Below, piece after piece: positions 36,401 through 44,167 of a stretch of 64,000 nt of DNA. Within the stretch, counting starts at the first letter, position 1. Every line of letters begins with the position of its first letter. The position numbers and the translations under genes are program-made. The notes beneath the pieces were generated by a model, which saw nothing but the letters and a program-made list of their open reading frames with translations, did not search any database and was not told where the DNA came from. This DNA is from Fidelibacterota bacterium (GTDB taxonomy: Bacteria > Fidelibacterota > Marinisomatia > Marinisomatales > JAHJCW01): positions 13,626 through 77,625 of the forward strand of contig JBHPLN010000001.1 of NCBI GenBank assembly GCA_042564205.1, in the 5' to 3' direction.

Positions 36401-36527
36401 ATCATGTTTTTTCACCGGTTTTCTTGCTTCAATTTGGGTATAAGAATAGTAATTCAAGGAGTCTCTAAAACCACCGTTTTTGGTACACTCAATTTAGGCC
36501 GGTTGTTTTGGGATACGTTTTTGGGAG
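36401..36527 (+). repeat. Intergenic element E6
   Basis: ATCATGTTTTTTCACCGGTTTTCTTGCTTCAATTTGGGTATAAGAATAGTAATTCAAGGAGTCTCTAAAACCACCGTTTTTGGTACACTCAATTTAGGCCGGTTGTTTTGGGATACGTTTTTGGGAG. Confidence 0.9.
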
Positions 36528-36609
36528 AAATGAGCTGTAGTGATCTATGAATAGTTCTGTCGGTTTGATAATAATTTTCAGTCATCATTTTTTCCCTCTT
36601 TAGAATTAG

Positions 36610-37242
36610 TTATATTGTTACAGATAGCGCTAACAACCATTGTGCTGTAAAATACGTTGAGAGTATTATAAGCTCAGCACTTCGAAACTGTTTCCTAAAC
36701 TTGTTCATGGCTAATACAGAATCCGAAATCATAAATAGTACAGCACCTATTGCAGCAAATAGTGCTCCAATTGCCCGATGACTTTTCAAGCCTTCCAACG
36801 CCATCCAACCCATAATAGCTATAATAATAACGTATATAATAATTAGTATAGTTGCTTTACCGGAATATGGTATAATATTTTTTAAATAAATTATTCCGAT
36901 AACTATAATTGGTAAATATATCCATACTGTATAATATATTCCTGTTGATAAAGCAAAAGCTCCTATATAGCAAATATGTCCAATTAGAAATGCAATTAGA
37001 CCTTTTTTGAAATGTTTTTTAGGAAAAATTAAGAAACCATCACCAACTAGGGAAAAAAGCAAGCCTAATAATATTAGTTGTTGATATTTTGGGTTTGTTG
37101 TAGGCCAAATAAATATAATAGATATTATAATGATAAGGGTGAGGGGCTTAAATATCAAAAACTGTGTATTTAATATTTTATACTTTGCACGTATGCACAA
37201 AATACCCGATAAAAAGGCTAATATAGAAAGAAGATAAATCAT
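36610..37242 (-). CDS. YhhN-family membrane protein (lysoplasmalogenase-like)
   Basis: 210 aa with about 7 TM helices and the YhhN-type motif LLFSLVGDGFLI. Confidence 0.7.
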   Translation of the reverse strand: MIYLLSILAFLSGILCIRAKYKILNTQFLIFKPLTLIIIISIIFIWPTTNPKYQQLILLGLLFSLVGDGFLIFPKKHFKKGLIAFLIGHICYIGAFALSTGIYYTVWIYLPIIVIGIIYLKNIIPYSGKATILIIIYVIIIAIMGWMALEGLKSHRAIGALFAAIGAVLFMISDSVLAMNKFRKQFRSAELIILSTYFTAQWLLALSVTI

Positions 37243-37327
37243 AAAATCTATAATGATTTGAAAGATTTTATTAATAATTGTCTATTACCATACAGCAATA
37301 TTATTAATTATGTTTATTTGAAATAAG

Positions 37328-37358
37328 TCCCAAACCCCGTCGTTTTTGGTGCTAAAAT
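37328..37358 (+). repeat. Element fragment E7 (inverted plus direct motif pair)
   Basis: GTCCCAAACCCCGTCGTTTTTGGTGCTAAAAT has the same architecture as the E2 core (TCCCAAAACCCTACGTTTTTGGCAC) and is truncated after the first motif. Confidence 0.45.
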
Positions 37359-37363
37359 ATAGG

Positions 37364-37450
37364 AACAGAGCAAAAAAGGGCACAGCGCAAAAAAAGTGTG
37401 CTCCAACTGTGCTACACTTTTGTCCACTACTGACCACTTCTGTCACTTTA
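37364..37450 (+). repeat. Direct repeat A (pairs with 42589-42684)
   Basis: The first 51 nt (AACAGAGCAAAAAAGGGCACAGCGCAAAAAAAGTGTGCTCCAACTGTGCTA) match B at 46/51 positions by hand alignment. A looser match follows (..CCACTTCTGTCACTTTA vs ..CCATTTCTGTCCATTTA). Confidence 0.75.
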
Positions 37451-37749
37451 GATTTTAGAATTTTAGGCGTTATTTTTGCTGCATGAAGGTGGGATTCCTT
37501 AATCTGCTTCTTGGCTAGTGACTTTGGGCTCATTCATTAGCACTTTTTAATTGATTAATCTATCCAAAATCTCTCTAACTTGTTATAACGAGTTACATTT
37601 CATCAAGTGATTAAATCTATTTTGACGATTTTAGACTAATGTAAATTATTGCGATATTTGCTATGTATATTTTAATTTGTGAGAGTATAATAAATTATTT
37701 TTTAGCGATGCTTAAGTGGTCCAATAATTAAATACGAGGACAGAAAACT

Positions 37750-40700
37750 ATGAAAAATAGTGATGAAACTCAGATATTAGGAGCGCTTGCACTGTCTTTT
37801 GGTCAGGCTTGTATCAATTCTAATTTTCTTTTTGGTGAAGAAACCGATTTTCTGCAACAAATTAAAGCTGATAAATGGTATCCCCTGGAAAAGGTCTTTA
37901 ATATCTTTAATATTATAGAAGAAAAATATTCTAATCCTGTGCCCATTTACGAGCAAATAGGTATTGAAATGATGACCCTTTGGTACTCTCAGGGTCCGGG
38001 GAAACAGTTTATTAAAAAGGGAGTTGATTTTTTACACTTTCAAACCAGTTCTGAGGGATTTTACAGTGTTATTAAGGGAAAGCCAAATCAAATAGGTGAT
38101 TTTTCGTTACTGAATCTGGATAGAGAGAAAGGAACCGCAATTGTTAAAAGTACAACTCCTTTTAATCGAGATTTGGAACGAGGTGTCTTGATTGGTGGCA
38201 TGGGAATAACAAAAGATTTGCTTTACATTAGTGTTGATAATTCAAAAGATGAAAACATTTTCCATATTCAGTTTAGAGATTCTCAACATGTTCAAATAGA
38301 CAGTAAAAATTCACTTAAATTACCTACGAACATGGATTTGTACACACTGTATTGGAAAAATAAGATGCTTAAAAATAAGTTTAAACGTCACTCCTCTTTC
38401 TGGAATTCAACAAATAAAACATCAACTCTGGCATTTGAAAAATTGAGAAAACAAGATCATGAGCTTCGAAAGCGTGCTGAAGATCTCTCTCGAATAAATG
38501 CTAGATTAGCCCAAGAAATTAATGAGCGGAAACGGATTGAAAACGCATTGCGAAATTCTGAAGCATTGTATCAGTCGCTTGTTGATAATTTACCTCAATT
38601 TATTTTTCGAAAAGATATAAATGGTAAGTATACATTTTTGAGTAAAAACTTTGGTTTAAATAAAGGAAAACCTACAGAAACTTATATTGGTAAAACAGAT
38701 TATGATATCTATCCACGAAAATTAGCAAAAAAATTTCAGGAATCTGATCAACAAATTATTAAAACCAGAAAAATCCTAAATTCTGTAGATATTCAAAAAA
38801 GTCCGGATGGGCTTAATATCTATACTCAAGTTATTAAAATACCAATTTACGATGCAAAAAACCGCCTTGTTGGTATACAGGGAATATTTTGGGATATATC
38901 TGAGCACAAACGCATTGAAGAAGCTTTGCGGGTATCAGAAGCAGAGTTGCGGGCTTTATTTGCAGGAATGCCCGATGTGGTCATTATGTTAGATGACACT
39001 GGGCGTTATCTCAAAATAGCGCCAACTTCTCCAGAGCTCCTTTTTCAACCCGAGGATAAGCTGATAGGAAAAAGTTTACATGATATATTTCCTAAGGAGC
39101 AAGCCGATTTATTTCTGAAGTCTATTCATCAAAGCCTTGAAACACAGGAGCTTGTAAATCTAGAGTATAGCTTAGACATCGAAGAAACCGAACTTTGGTT
39201 TAGGGGGTGTATTTCCCCTATGTCGAAAAACTCGGTCGTTTTCGTCGCTCGCGATATTACAGAACGCAAGCGAGCGGAAGAGACACTGCGGAAGAGTGAA
39301 GAGAAACACAGGATTATCTTTGAGAATGCAAATGAAATAATTATAATTGCGCAAGATGGCAGAGTTGCATTCGCAAACCCTGCTCTTGAAAAGATTCTGG
39401 GCTATCCTATTGACGATGTAATATCAAGACCTTTTACTGATTTCATTCATCCAGATGACCGTGGACTGGTTTTTGAACGATACAAAAAAAGAATGGCTGG
39501 TGAAGATGTCGAGACAGGTTATCAATTTAGACTTGTCACTGTATCTGGTGAAGAAAGATGGGTTATGATCAATTCGAGCGTGTTAGAATGGGAAGGTAAC
39601 GCTTCGACCCTTAACTTTTTAACTGACATCACTGATCGTATTCGAGCAGAAGAAGAGGTAATAAAAGCTAAAGAACAAGCTGAATCAGCCAATCAAGCAA
39701 AAAGTATTTTTTTGGCCAATATGAGTCACGAATTGCGAACCCCCCTAAATAGTATTTTAGGCTATACTCAAATTCTAAAACGGGATAAAAATTTAAAAAA
39801 ACAGCAAAAAAATGGCATTGATACGATTCACCAGAGTAGTGAACATCTATTGAACCTAATAAATGAGTTGCTCGACCTTTCAAGGATTGAAGCGCAAAAA
39901 ATGGAGTTGGAACTTTCTGATGTATATTTTCCAGGATTTCTGAAAAAAATCACAGAAATTGCCCATTTCCAGGCTCAACAGAAAGGCGTTTCGTTTGATT
40001 CTGAAATTGCTACCGATTTACCTGCTGGCGTTCGTATAGATGAAAAACGCGTGCATCAAGTTCTGCTAAACTTAATCAATAATGCCATAAAATTTGCTGG
40101 ATCTGGAAGTGTAACTTTTAGAGCAAACATTAATTCGTTATCTGTAAATGAGAATAAACAGACAACTGTACACATCCATTTTGAAGTTGAAGATACAGGA
40201 GTTGGTATTTCATCCGATGAGATAGATAAAATCTTTTTACCGTTTCATCAAGTACACAAGACAAAGCTTACAACTGAGGGAACTGGTTTAGGGCTCCCAA
40301 TTAGTAGCAATTTACTCCAAATAATGGACAGTAAATTGAATGTCAAAAGCACTGAGGGAGAAGGAGCAACTTTCTGGTTTGATCTTGAAGTACCTCTAAT
40401 TGAAAGCATTACCAACGGTGAAGAATTCAGTACAGTTGAACAATCTCGTAATATTATCGGTTTCAAAGGAGACAAACGAAAACTTTTACTTGTAGATGAT
40501 AATAAAACAAATCGCGCTGTTTTAAGAGATATGTTATTGCCATTAGGCTTTGAAATCGCAATAGCAAAAGATGGGAGGGAAGCACTTGATAGGGCTGCTG
40601 AATTTCATCCCGATATTATTTTAATGGATTTGATAATGCCGGTCATGGATGGGATTGAAGCAACAAAACGAATTCGCAAGAACCCTGCTCTTAAGGATAT

Positions 40701-41112
40701 CATTGTAATAGGTATTTCAGCCAGTGCTTTTAATACTACTAAACAAACTAGCTTTAGAGCGGGTTGTAATGATTTTCTTACTAAACCCATCCATATTGAA
40801 AAATTATTTGAGTGTTTAAAGCAGTATTTAAAGCTCAAATGGGTCTATGAGGAATCAGCCATGTCTGGTTCGGGGGAAAAGGAAGACTCTGAAACATTAC
40901 TGATGGTTATTCCTCCTAAAGAAGACTTGGAAACCTTACTGAGATATAGTGAAATCAATCATATTACTGGTATGCATCGATCACTGGAAAATATAAAAAA
41001 AACGGACGAACAGTACATTCCTTTTGTTACTAAAATTGAAGATCTCGTAGACAACTTACAATTCAAACGTATCATTAAAACAATTCAATCATATCTTGAA
41101 AAAAGGATCTGA
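37750..41112 (+). CDS. Cytoplasmic hybrid sensor histidine kinase: unknown N-terminal domain, coiled coil, PAS repeats, HisKA, HATPase_c, receiver, C-terminal extension
   Basis: No TM segment. Repeated PAS blocks end in ..ISEHKR.., ..ITERKRAEE.., ..ITDRIRAEEE. H-box SHELRTPLN, N/G boxes, then a receiver (LLLVDDN..DIILMDLIMP..KP). Confidence 0.9.
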   Translation: MKNSDETQILGALALSFGQACINSNFLFGEETDFLQQIKADKWYPLEKVFNIFNIIEEKYSNPVPIYEQIGIEMMTLWYSQGPGKQFIKKGVDFLHFQTSSEGFYSVIKGKPNQIGDFSLLNLDREKGTAIVKSTTPFNRDLERGVLIGGMGITKDLLYISVDNSKDENIFHIQFRDSQHVQIDSKNSLKLPTNMDLYTLYWKNKMLKNKFKRHSSFWNSTNKTSTLAFEKLRKQDHELRKRAEDLSRINARLAQEINERKRIENALRNSEALYQSLVDNLPQFIFRKDINGKYTFLSKNFGLNKGKPTETYIGKTDYDIYPRKLAKKFQESDQQIIKTRKILNSVDIQKSPDGLNIYTQVIKIPIYDAKNRLVGIQGIFWDISEHKRIEEALRVSEAELRALFAGMPDVVIMLDDTGRYLKIAPTSPELLFQPEDKLIGKSLHDIFPKEQADLFLKSIHQSLETQELVNLEYSLDIEETELWFRGCISPMSKNSVVFVARDITERKRAEETLRKSEEKHRIIFENANEIIIIAQDGRVAFANPALEKILGYPIDDVISRPFTDFIHPDDRGLVFERYKKRMAGEDVETGYQFRLVTVSGEERWVMINSSVLEWEGNASTLNFLTDITDRIRAEEEVIKAKEQAESANQAKSIFLANMSHELRTPLNSILGYTQILKRDKNLKKQQKNGIDTIHQSSEHLLNLINELLDLSRIEAQKMELELSDVYFPGFLKKITEIAHFQAQQKGVSFDSEIATDLPAGVRIDEKRVHQVLLNLINNAIKFAGSGSVTFRANINSLSVNENKQTTVHIHFEVEDTGVGISSDEIDKIFLPFHQVHKTKLTTEGTGLGLPISSNLLQIMDSKLNVKSTEGEGATFWFDLEVPLIESITNGEEFSTVEQSRNIIGFKGDKRKLLLVDDNKTNRAVLRDMLLPLGFEIAIAKDGREALDRAAEFHPDIILMDLIMPVMDGIEATKRIRKNPALKDIIVIGISASAFNTTKQTSFRAGCNDFLTKPIHIEKLFECLKQYLKLKWVYEESAMSGSGEKEDSETLLMVIPPKEDLETLLRYSEINHITGMHRSLENIKKTDEQYIPFVTKIEDLVDNLQFKRIIKTIQSYLEKRI

Positions 41113-42257
41113 TGATGTCGAAATCATTAAAAAATAAGACAATCTTAGCTGTTGACGATAAGCTTGAGAATTTAAAGGTCTTAATAGCTTATTTGGAAAG
41201 CAGTGGTTTTGAGATCATGGTCGCACAAAGCGGAGAAGAGGCTTTCCAACATATTGAGCACGTTATCCCTGATATAATTCTATTAGATATACTTATGCCT
41301 GGTATTGATGGTTTTGAAATCTGTCGCCGTTTGAAGACAAACGATATCACCAAGGAAATTCCAGTAATTTTTATGACAGCTCTGATAGATACAGCTGATA
41401 AAGTAAAAGGTTTTGAAGTCGGTGCTGTTGATTATCTTACTAAGCCTCTGCAACATGAGGAGGTTTTAGCTCGTGTGAATGCTCATATGACCATTCGGGA
41501 ATTACAACAACAACTCCAGGAAAGAAACGTCTTATTGCAGCATAAAAACACCCAGCTAATGGAAGTAAATGCAACTAAAAATAAATTCTTCTCGATTATC
41601 GCACATGACCTAAAGAATCCTCTTAATACATTACTGACATATAGTATGACTCTAGTAGAAAATTTTGAAAAACTCGATACAGAAAAGATAATAAAAGGGA
41701 TTGAAGCACTTAATAGAAGCGCAACCCGTGCTTATGATCTTTTAATCGATTTACTCAACTGGGCTCGTTCACACTCCGGAAAGATGGAATATAAACTTGA
41801 AGAAATAGACCTCGGCCAAATTGCTAAAGAAAATATTGAGTTACTTCTTGATCGGGCGACTGAAAAAGGTATCCGAATATCCTCAGAGATAAACGAAGGT
41901 TTACTAGCATATTCAGATAAAAATATGGTTTCTACTGTGCTGCGAAATTTATTAACCAACGCCGTAAAGTTCACATCAAAAAATGGAAACGTTACGTTAA
42001 GCAGTGAAGTAGGAAAGAATAGTCTGACAATAACAGTCCGTGATACAGGAATTGGTATTACTGAAGAGAACATAAATAAATTGTTCAGACTTGATACATT
42101 TTATCGCACATTAGGATCAGATAATGAGAAAGGCACCGGGCTGGGACTTCTTTTATGTAAAGAGTTTATCAACACACTGAATGGTGAAATTTGGGTAGAA
42201 AGTGAGATAGGAAAAGGAAGCTGTTTTATTTTCACGTTACCTACGCAAGCCACATAA
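41112..42257 (+). CDS. Response-regulator receiver fused to histidine kinase core (REC-HisKA-HATPase_c)
   Basis: The start overlaps the upstream stop (TGATG). Receiver motifs (ILAVDD, ILLDILMPG, LTKP), H-box AHDLKNPLN, G boxes DTGIGI and GTGLGL. Confidence 0.9.
   Translation: MMSKSLKNKTILAVDDKLENLKVLIAYLESSGFEIMVAQSGEEAFQHIEHVIPDIILLDILMPGIDGFEICRRLKTNDITKEIPVIFMTALIDTADKVKGFEVGAVDYLTKPLQHEEVLARVNAHMTIRELQQQLQERNVLLQHKNTQLMEVNATKNKFFSIIAHDLKNPLNTLLTYSMTLVENFEKLDTEKIIKGIEALNRSATRAYDLLIDLLNWARSHSGKMEYKLEEIDLGQIAKENIELLLDRATEKGIRISSEINEGLLAYSDKNMVSTVLRNLLTNAVKFTSKNGNVTLSSEVGKNSLTITVRDTGIGITEENINKLFRLDTFYRTLGSDNEKGTGLGLLLCKEFINTLNGEIWVESEIGKGSCFIFTLPTQAT
41124..41212 (+). repeat. 89-bp segment duplicated at 42316-42404
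   Basis: Identical except for one G/T difference (GCTGTTGACG vs GCTTTTGACG). Covers codons 5-34 of the REC-HK gene. Confidence 0.95.
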
Positions 42258-42303
42258 AATAAAGTTACTGGTGGACTAAACTTTATCTGTATAAGGTAAA
42301 GCT

Positions 42304-42423
42304 ATGAATTCAGAGTCATTAAAAAATAAGACAATCTTAGCTTTTGACGATAAGCTTGAGAATTTAAAGGTCTTAATAGCTTATTTGGAAAGCAGTGGTT
42401 TTGAATGGTCTCAAAGCTTCTAG
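42304..42423 (+). pseudogene. Duplicated 5' fragment of the REC-HK gene (39-codon chimeric ORF)
   Basis: MNSESLKNKTILAFDDKLENLKVLIAYLESSGFEWSQSF*. Residues 5-34 duplicate 41124-41212, and the homology stops abruptly at 42404. Confidence 0.8.
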
Positions 42424-42509
42424 GTCACAGCACAGTAAAAACTACGGAGAAATACTATGCGGATTATAAAGATGACAACTATCGATCAGCTACTAAACTA
42501 CTTGAATAA
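42405..42509 (+). pseudogene. Tyrosine recombinase (phage integrase family) C-terminal remnant
   Basis: ..VSKLLGHSTVKTTEKYYADYKDD..* is the conserved LLGHS..-TT..Y tail carrying the catalytic Tyr. Only about 34 codons remain, preceded in frame by a stop, and its own terminator follows. Confidence 0.65.
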
Positions 42510-42532
42510 AAAATAATCAACATCGCTATTAA

Positions 42533-42565
42533 AAGAGATCCAATCATGTTGGATCTCTTTTTTTA
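42533..42565 (+). terminator. Rho-independent terminator
   Basis: AAGAGATCCAA-tcatg-TTGGATCTCTT followed by a T-run. Confidence 0.75.
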
Positions 42566-42588
42566 TATAAAATTATCTCAATTCCCAT

Positions 42589-42684
42589 AACAGAGCCAAA
42601 AAGAACAGAGCGCAAAAAAAGTGTGCTACAACTGTGCTATTTTTTTTCCATTTATGGGTATTTGTGGCCATTTCTGTCCATTTA
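42589..42684 (+). repeat. Direct repeat B (pairs with 37364-37450)
   Basis: AACAGAGCCAAAAAGAACAGAGCGCAAAAAAAGTGTGCTACAACTGTGCTA.. See repeat A. Lies between the integrase-remnant terminator and the tRNA-Val 3' end. Confidence 0.75.
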
Positions 42685-42759
42685 CAAAAAGTCTAAATAT
42701 GATACCCAAAAATACAAATCCCCGACGACAAATACTATTTACCGATGAGGATTATTCTG

Positions 42760-42833
42760 TGGGCGATACCCGGCTTGAACGGGTGGCCTCTGCCGTGTGA
42801 AGACAGCGCTCTGACCAGCTGAGCTAATCGCCC
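42760..42833 (-). tRNA. tRNA-Val (anticodon CAC)
   Basis: Hand-folded cloverleaf. Acceptor GGGCGAT/ATCGCCC, D stem GCTC/GAGC, anticodon stem CTGTC/GGCAG with loop TTCACAC, T stem ACCCG/CGGGT with loop TTCAAGC, discriminator A. 74 nt, CCA not encoded. Confidence 0.9.
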
Positions 42834-42908
42834 TTTATTTATTAAAATTATTGTGAAGGAGCAATAAGACCGGCAAATTTACTGGCACTTAAATCACGAA
42901 ACAAATGC

Positions 42909-43226
42909 ATGAATCCAAGTGAATCAAAATTAAAACTAGATAATTACGAGATCGTTAACAATCTTTTGCTACTCCAGTGGAATGATGGTGACGAGAGTGC
43001 AATATCGTTGCAAACACTGCGGGATAAATGTCCCTGTGCAGGTTGCGCTGGTGAGCAGGATATTTTTGGGAATGTTTATAAGGCTCCGCCGCAGGAAAAA
43101 ACACAAGCGAGTTACATCCTCATGCGCTTTGACCCGATTGGGCATTATGCATTTAAACCCGTATGGGGTGATGGACATTCATCAGGTTTATTCACACTTG
43201 AAGCGCTAAAAAAAATGACTGTCTGA
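42909..43226 (+). CDS. DUF971 domain protein (gamma-butyrobetaine hydroxylase N-terminal-like zinc-binding domain)
   Basis: 105 aa with L.LQW.DG.ES.....LR..CPCA.C..E and ..W.DGH.SG.F motifs. Confidence 0.7.
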   Translation: MNPSESKLKLDNYEIVNNLLLLQWNDGDESAISLQTLRDKCPCAGCAGEQDIFGNVYKAPPQEKTQASYILMRFDPIGHYAFKPVWGDGHSSGLFTLEALKKMTV

Positions 43227-43308
43227 ACACATAAATTATTTAAACTATTAACCCTAATCACATTAAACTCTCCAATTCATAAAATATATTTATTGAGGAA
43301 CTGAATAA

Positions 43309-44154
43309 ATGGAAACGCTAATCGCCTGGTGGCAGCATTTACCCAGTAAAATGGATCCGGTTATTTTTACCATCGGAAGTTTTCCTATTCGTTGGTACGC
43401 AACCATGTACTTGGTAGCATTTGCTATAACCTATCTTTTGGCAAAATATCGAATTCGTAATGAAAAATTACCTTTTGATACCGAATTCTTAAGCAGCATG
43501 ATTACCTGGTGCATTCTGGGATTGCTTCTTGGGGGCCGCATTGGCTATGTGTTATTTTATAACTTTGAATGGTTTTTACAGGAACCTTTGAGCATTATCC
43601 TGCCCTTCTCAAAAATTAGCGGTTCGTGGCAGTTTACCGGATTTCGGGGAATGTCTTATCACGGTGGCGTAATTGGTGTAACTGTTGCATTATTTATATT
43701 CAGCCGCAAGCAAAAACAAGATTTCTTCAAGCTTGGCGATCTTATCATCACCGGAATTCCACTGGGTTTCACATTTGGCCGGATTGGCAACTTTATTAAT
43801 ACCGAGCTGTATGGCCGTGTAACCGAAGCGTCAATCGGTATGCACTTCCCCAGCGCTCCTGGTAGCTCCCTGCGCCACCCGTCCCAATTATATGAAGCAT
43901 TTTTTGAAGGGATTATCCTTTTCCTTATTATCTGGCCCCTAAGAAAAAAGAAGATTTTCACGGGATTTGTCTCAGGATTATATATCTTTGGATATGGTTT
44001 CTTTCGATTTTTCATAGAATTTTTTCGCGAACCCGATGAGCATCTAGGATTCGTCTTTATGAATTTATCCATGGGACAAATGCTTTGTATAGCAATGATG
44101 ATCGCAGCTTTTGTCTTGTGGTATTTTGCACGAAAAGTTCCGGAATCAAACTAA
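43309..44154 (+). CDS. lgt: Prolipoprotein diacylglyceryl transferase
   Basis: IRWYA..Y, HGG.IG and GRIGNFIN.ELYGR signature. 281-aa membrane protein. Confidence 0.9.
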   Translation: METLIAWWQHLPSKMDPVIFTIGSFPIRWYATMYLVAFAITYLLAKYRIRNEKLPFDTEFLSSMITWCILGLLLGGRIGYVLFYNFEWFLQEPLSIILPFSKISGSWQFTGFRGMSYHGGVIGVTVALFIFSRKQKQDFFKLGDLIITGIPLGFTFGRIGNFINTELYGRVTEASIGMHFPSAPGSSLRHPSQLYEAFFEGIILFLIIWPLRKKKIFTGFVSGLYIFGYGFFRFFIEFFREPDEHLGFVFMNLSMGQMLCIAMMIAAFVLWYFARKVPESN

Positions 44155-44167
44155 TTCTCTTATTTAT

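Noticed and set aside
26846-37358. Could E1-E7 be a CRISPR array or degenerate CRISPR repeats? The motifs GTTTT.../...CTCTAAAAC and GTTTTTGGTACACTCAAATTAG resemble type II repeats as I remember them.
   Set aside because: Copies are 0.9-2.8 kb apart with whole genes between them, not 25-40-bp spacers. The elements are 90-130 bp. No cas genes or leader are in the window. The resemblance is kept only as a note in a finding.
26846-37358. Integron attC sites / gene cassettes
   Set aside because: I could not find the R''(RYYYAAC)...R'(GTTRRRY) inverted core pair or the overall imperfect palindrome of attC. The element is built of direct sub-repeats. Cargo genes are in both orientations with their own RBS and likely their own promoters. 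No intI is present. The cassette-like organisation is still reported, without calling it an integron.
37285-37533. 82-aa minus-strand ORF in the track
   Set aside because: It lies entirely over the E7/repeat-A non-coding repeats, has low-complexity composition and no RBS. Its sequence conservation with repeat B is at the DNA level, not in frame.
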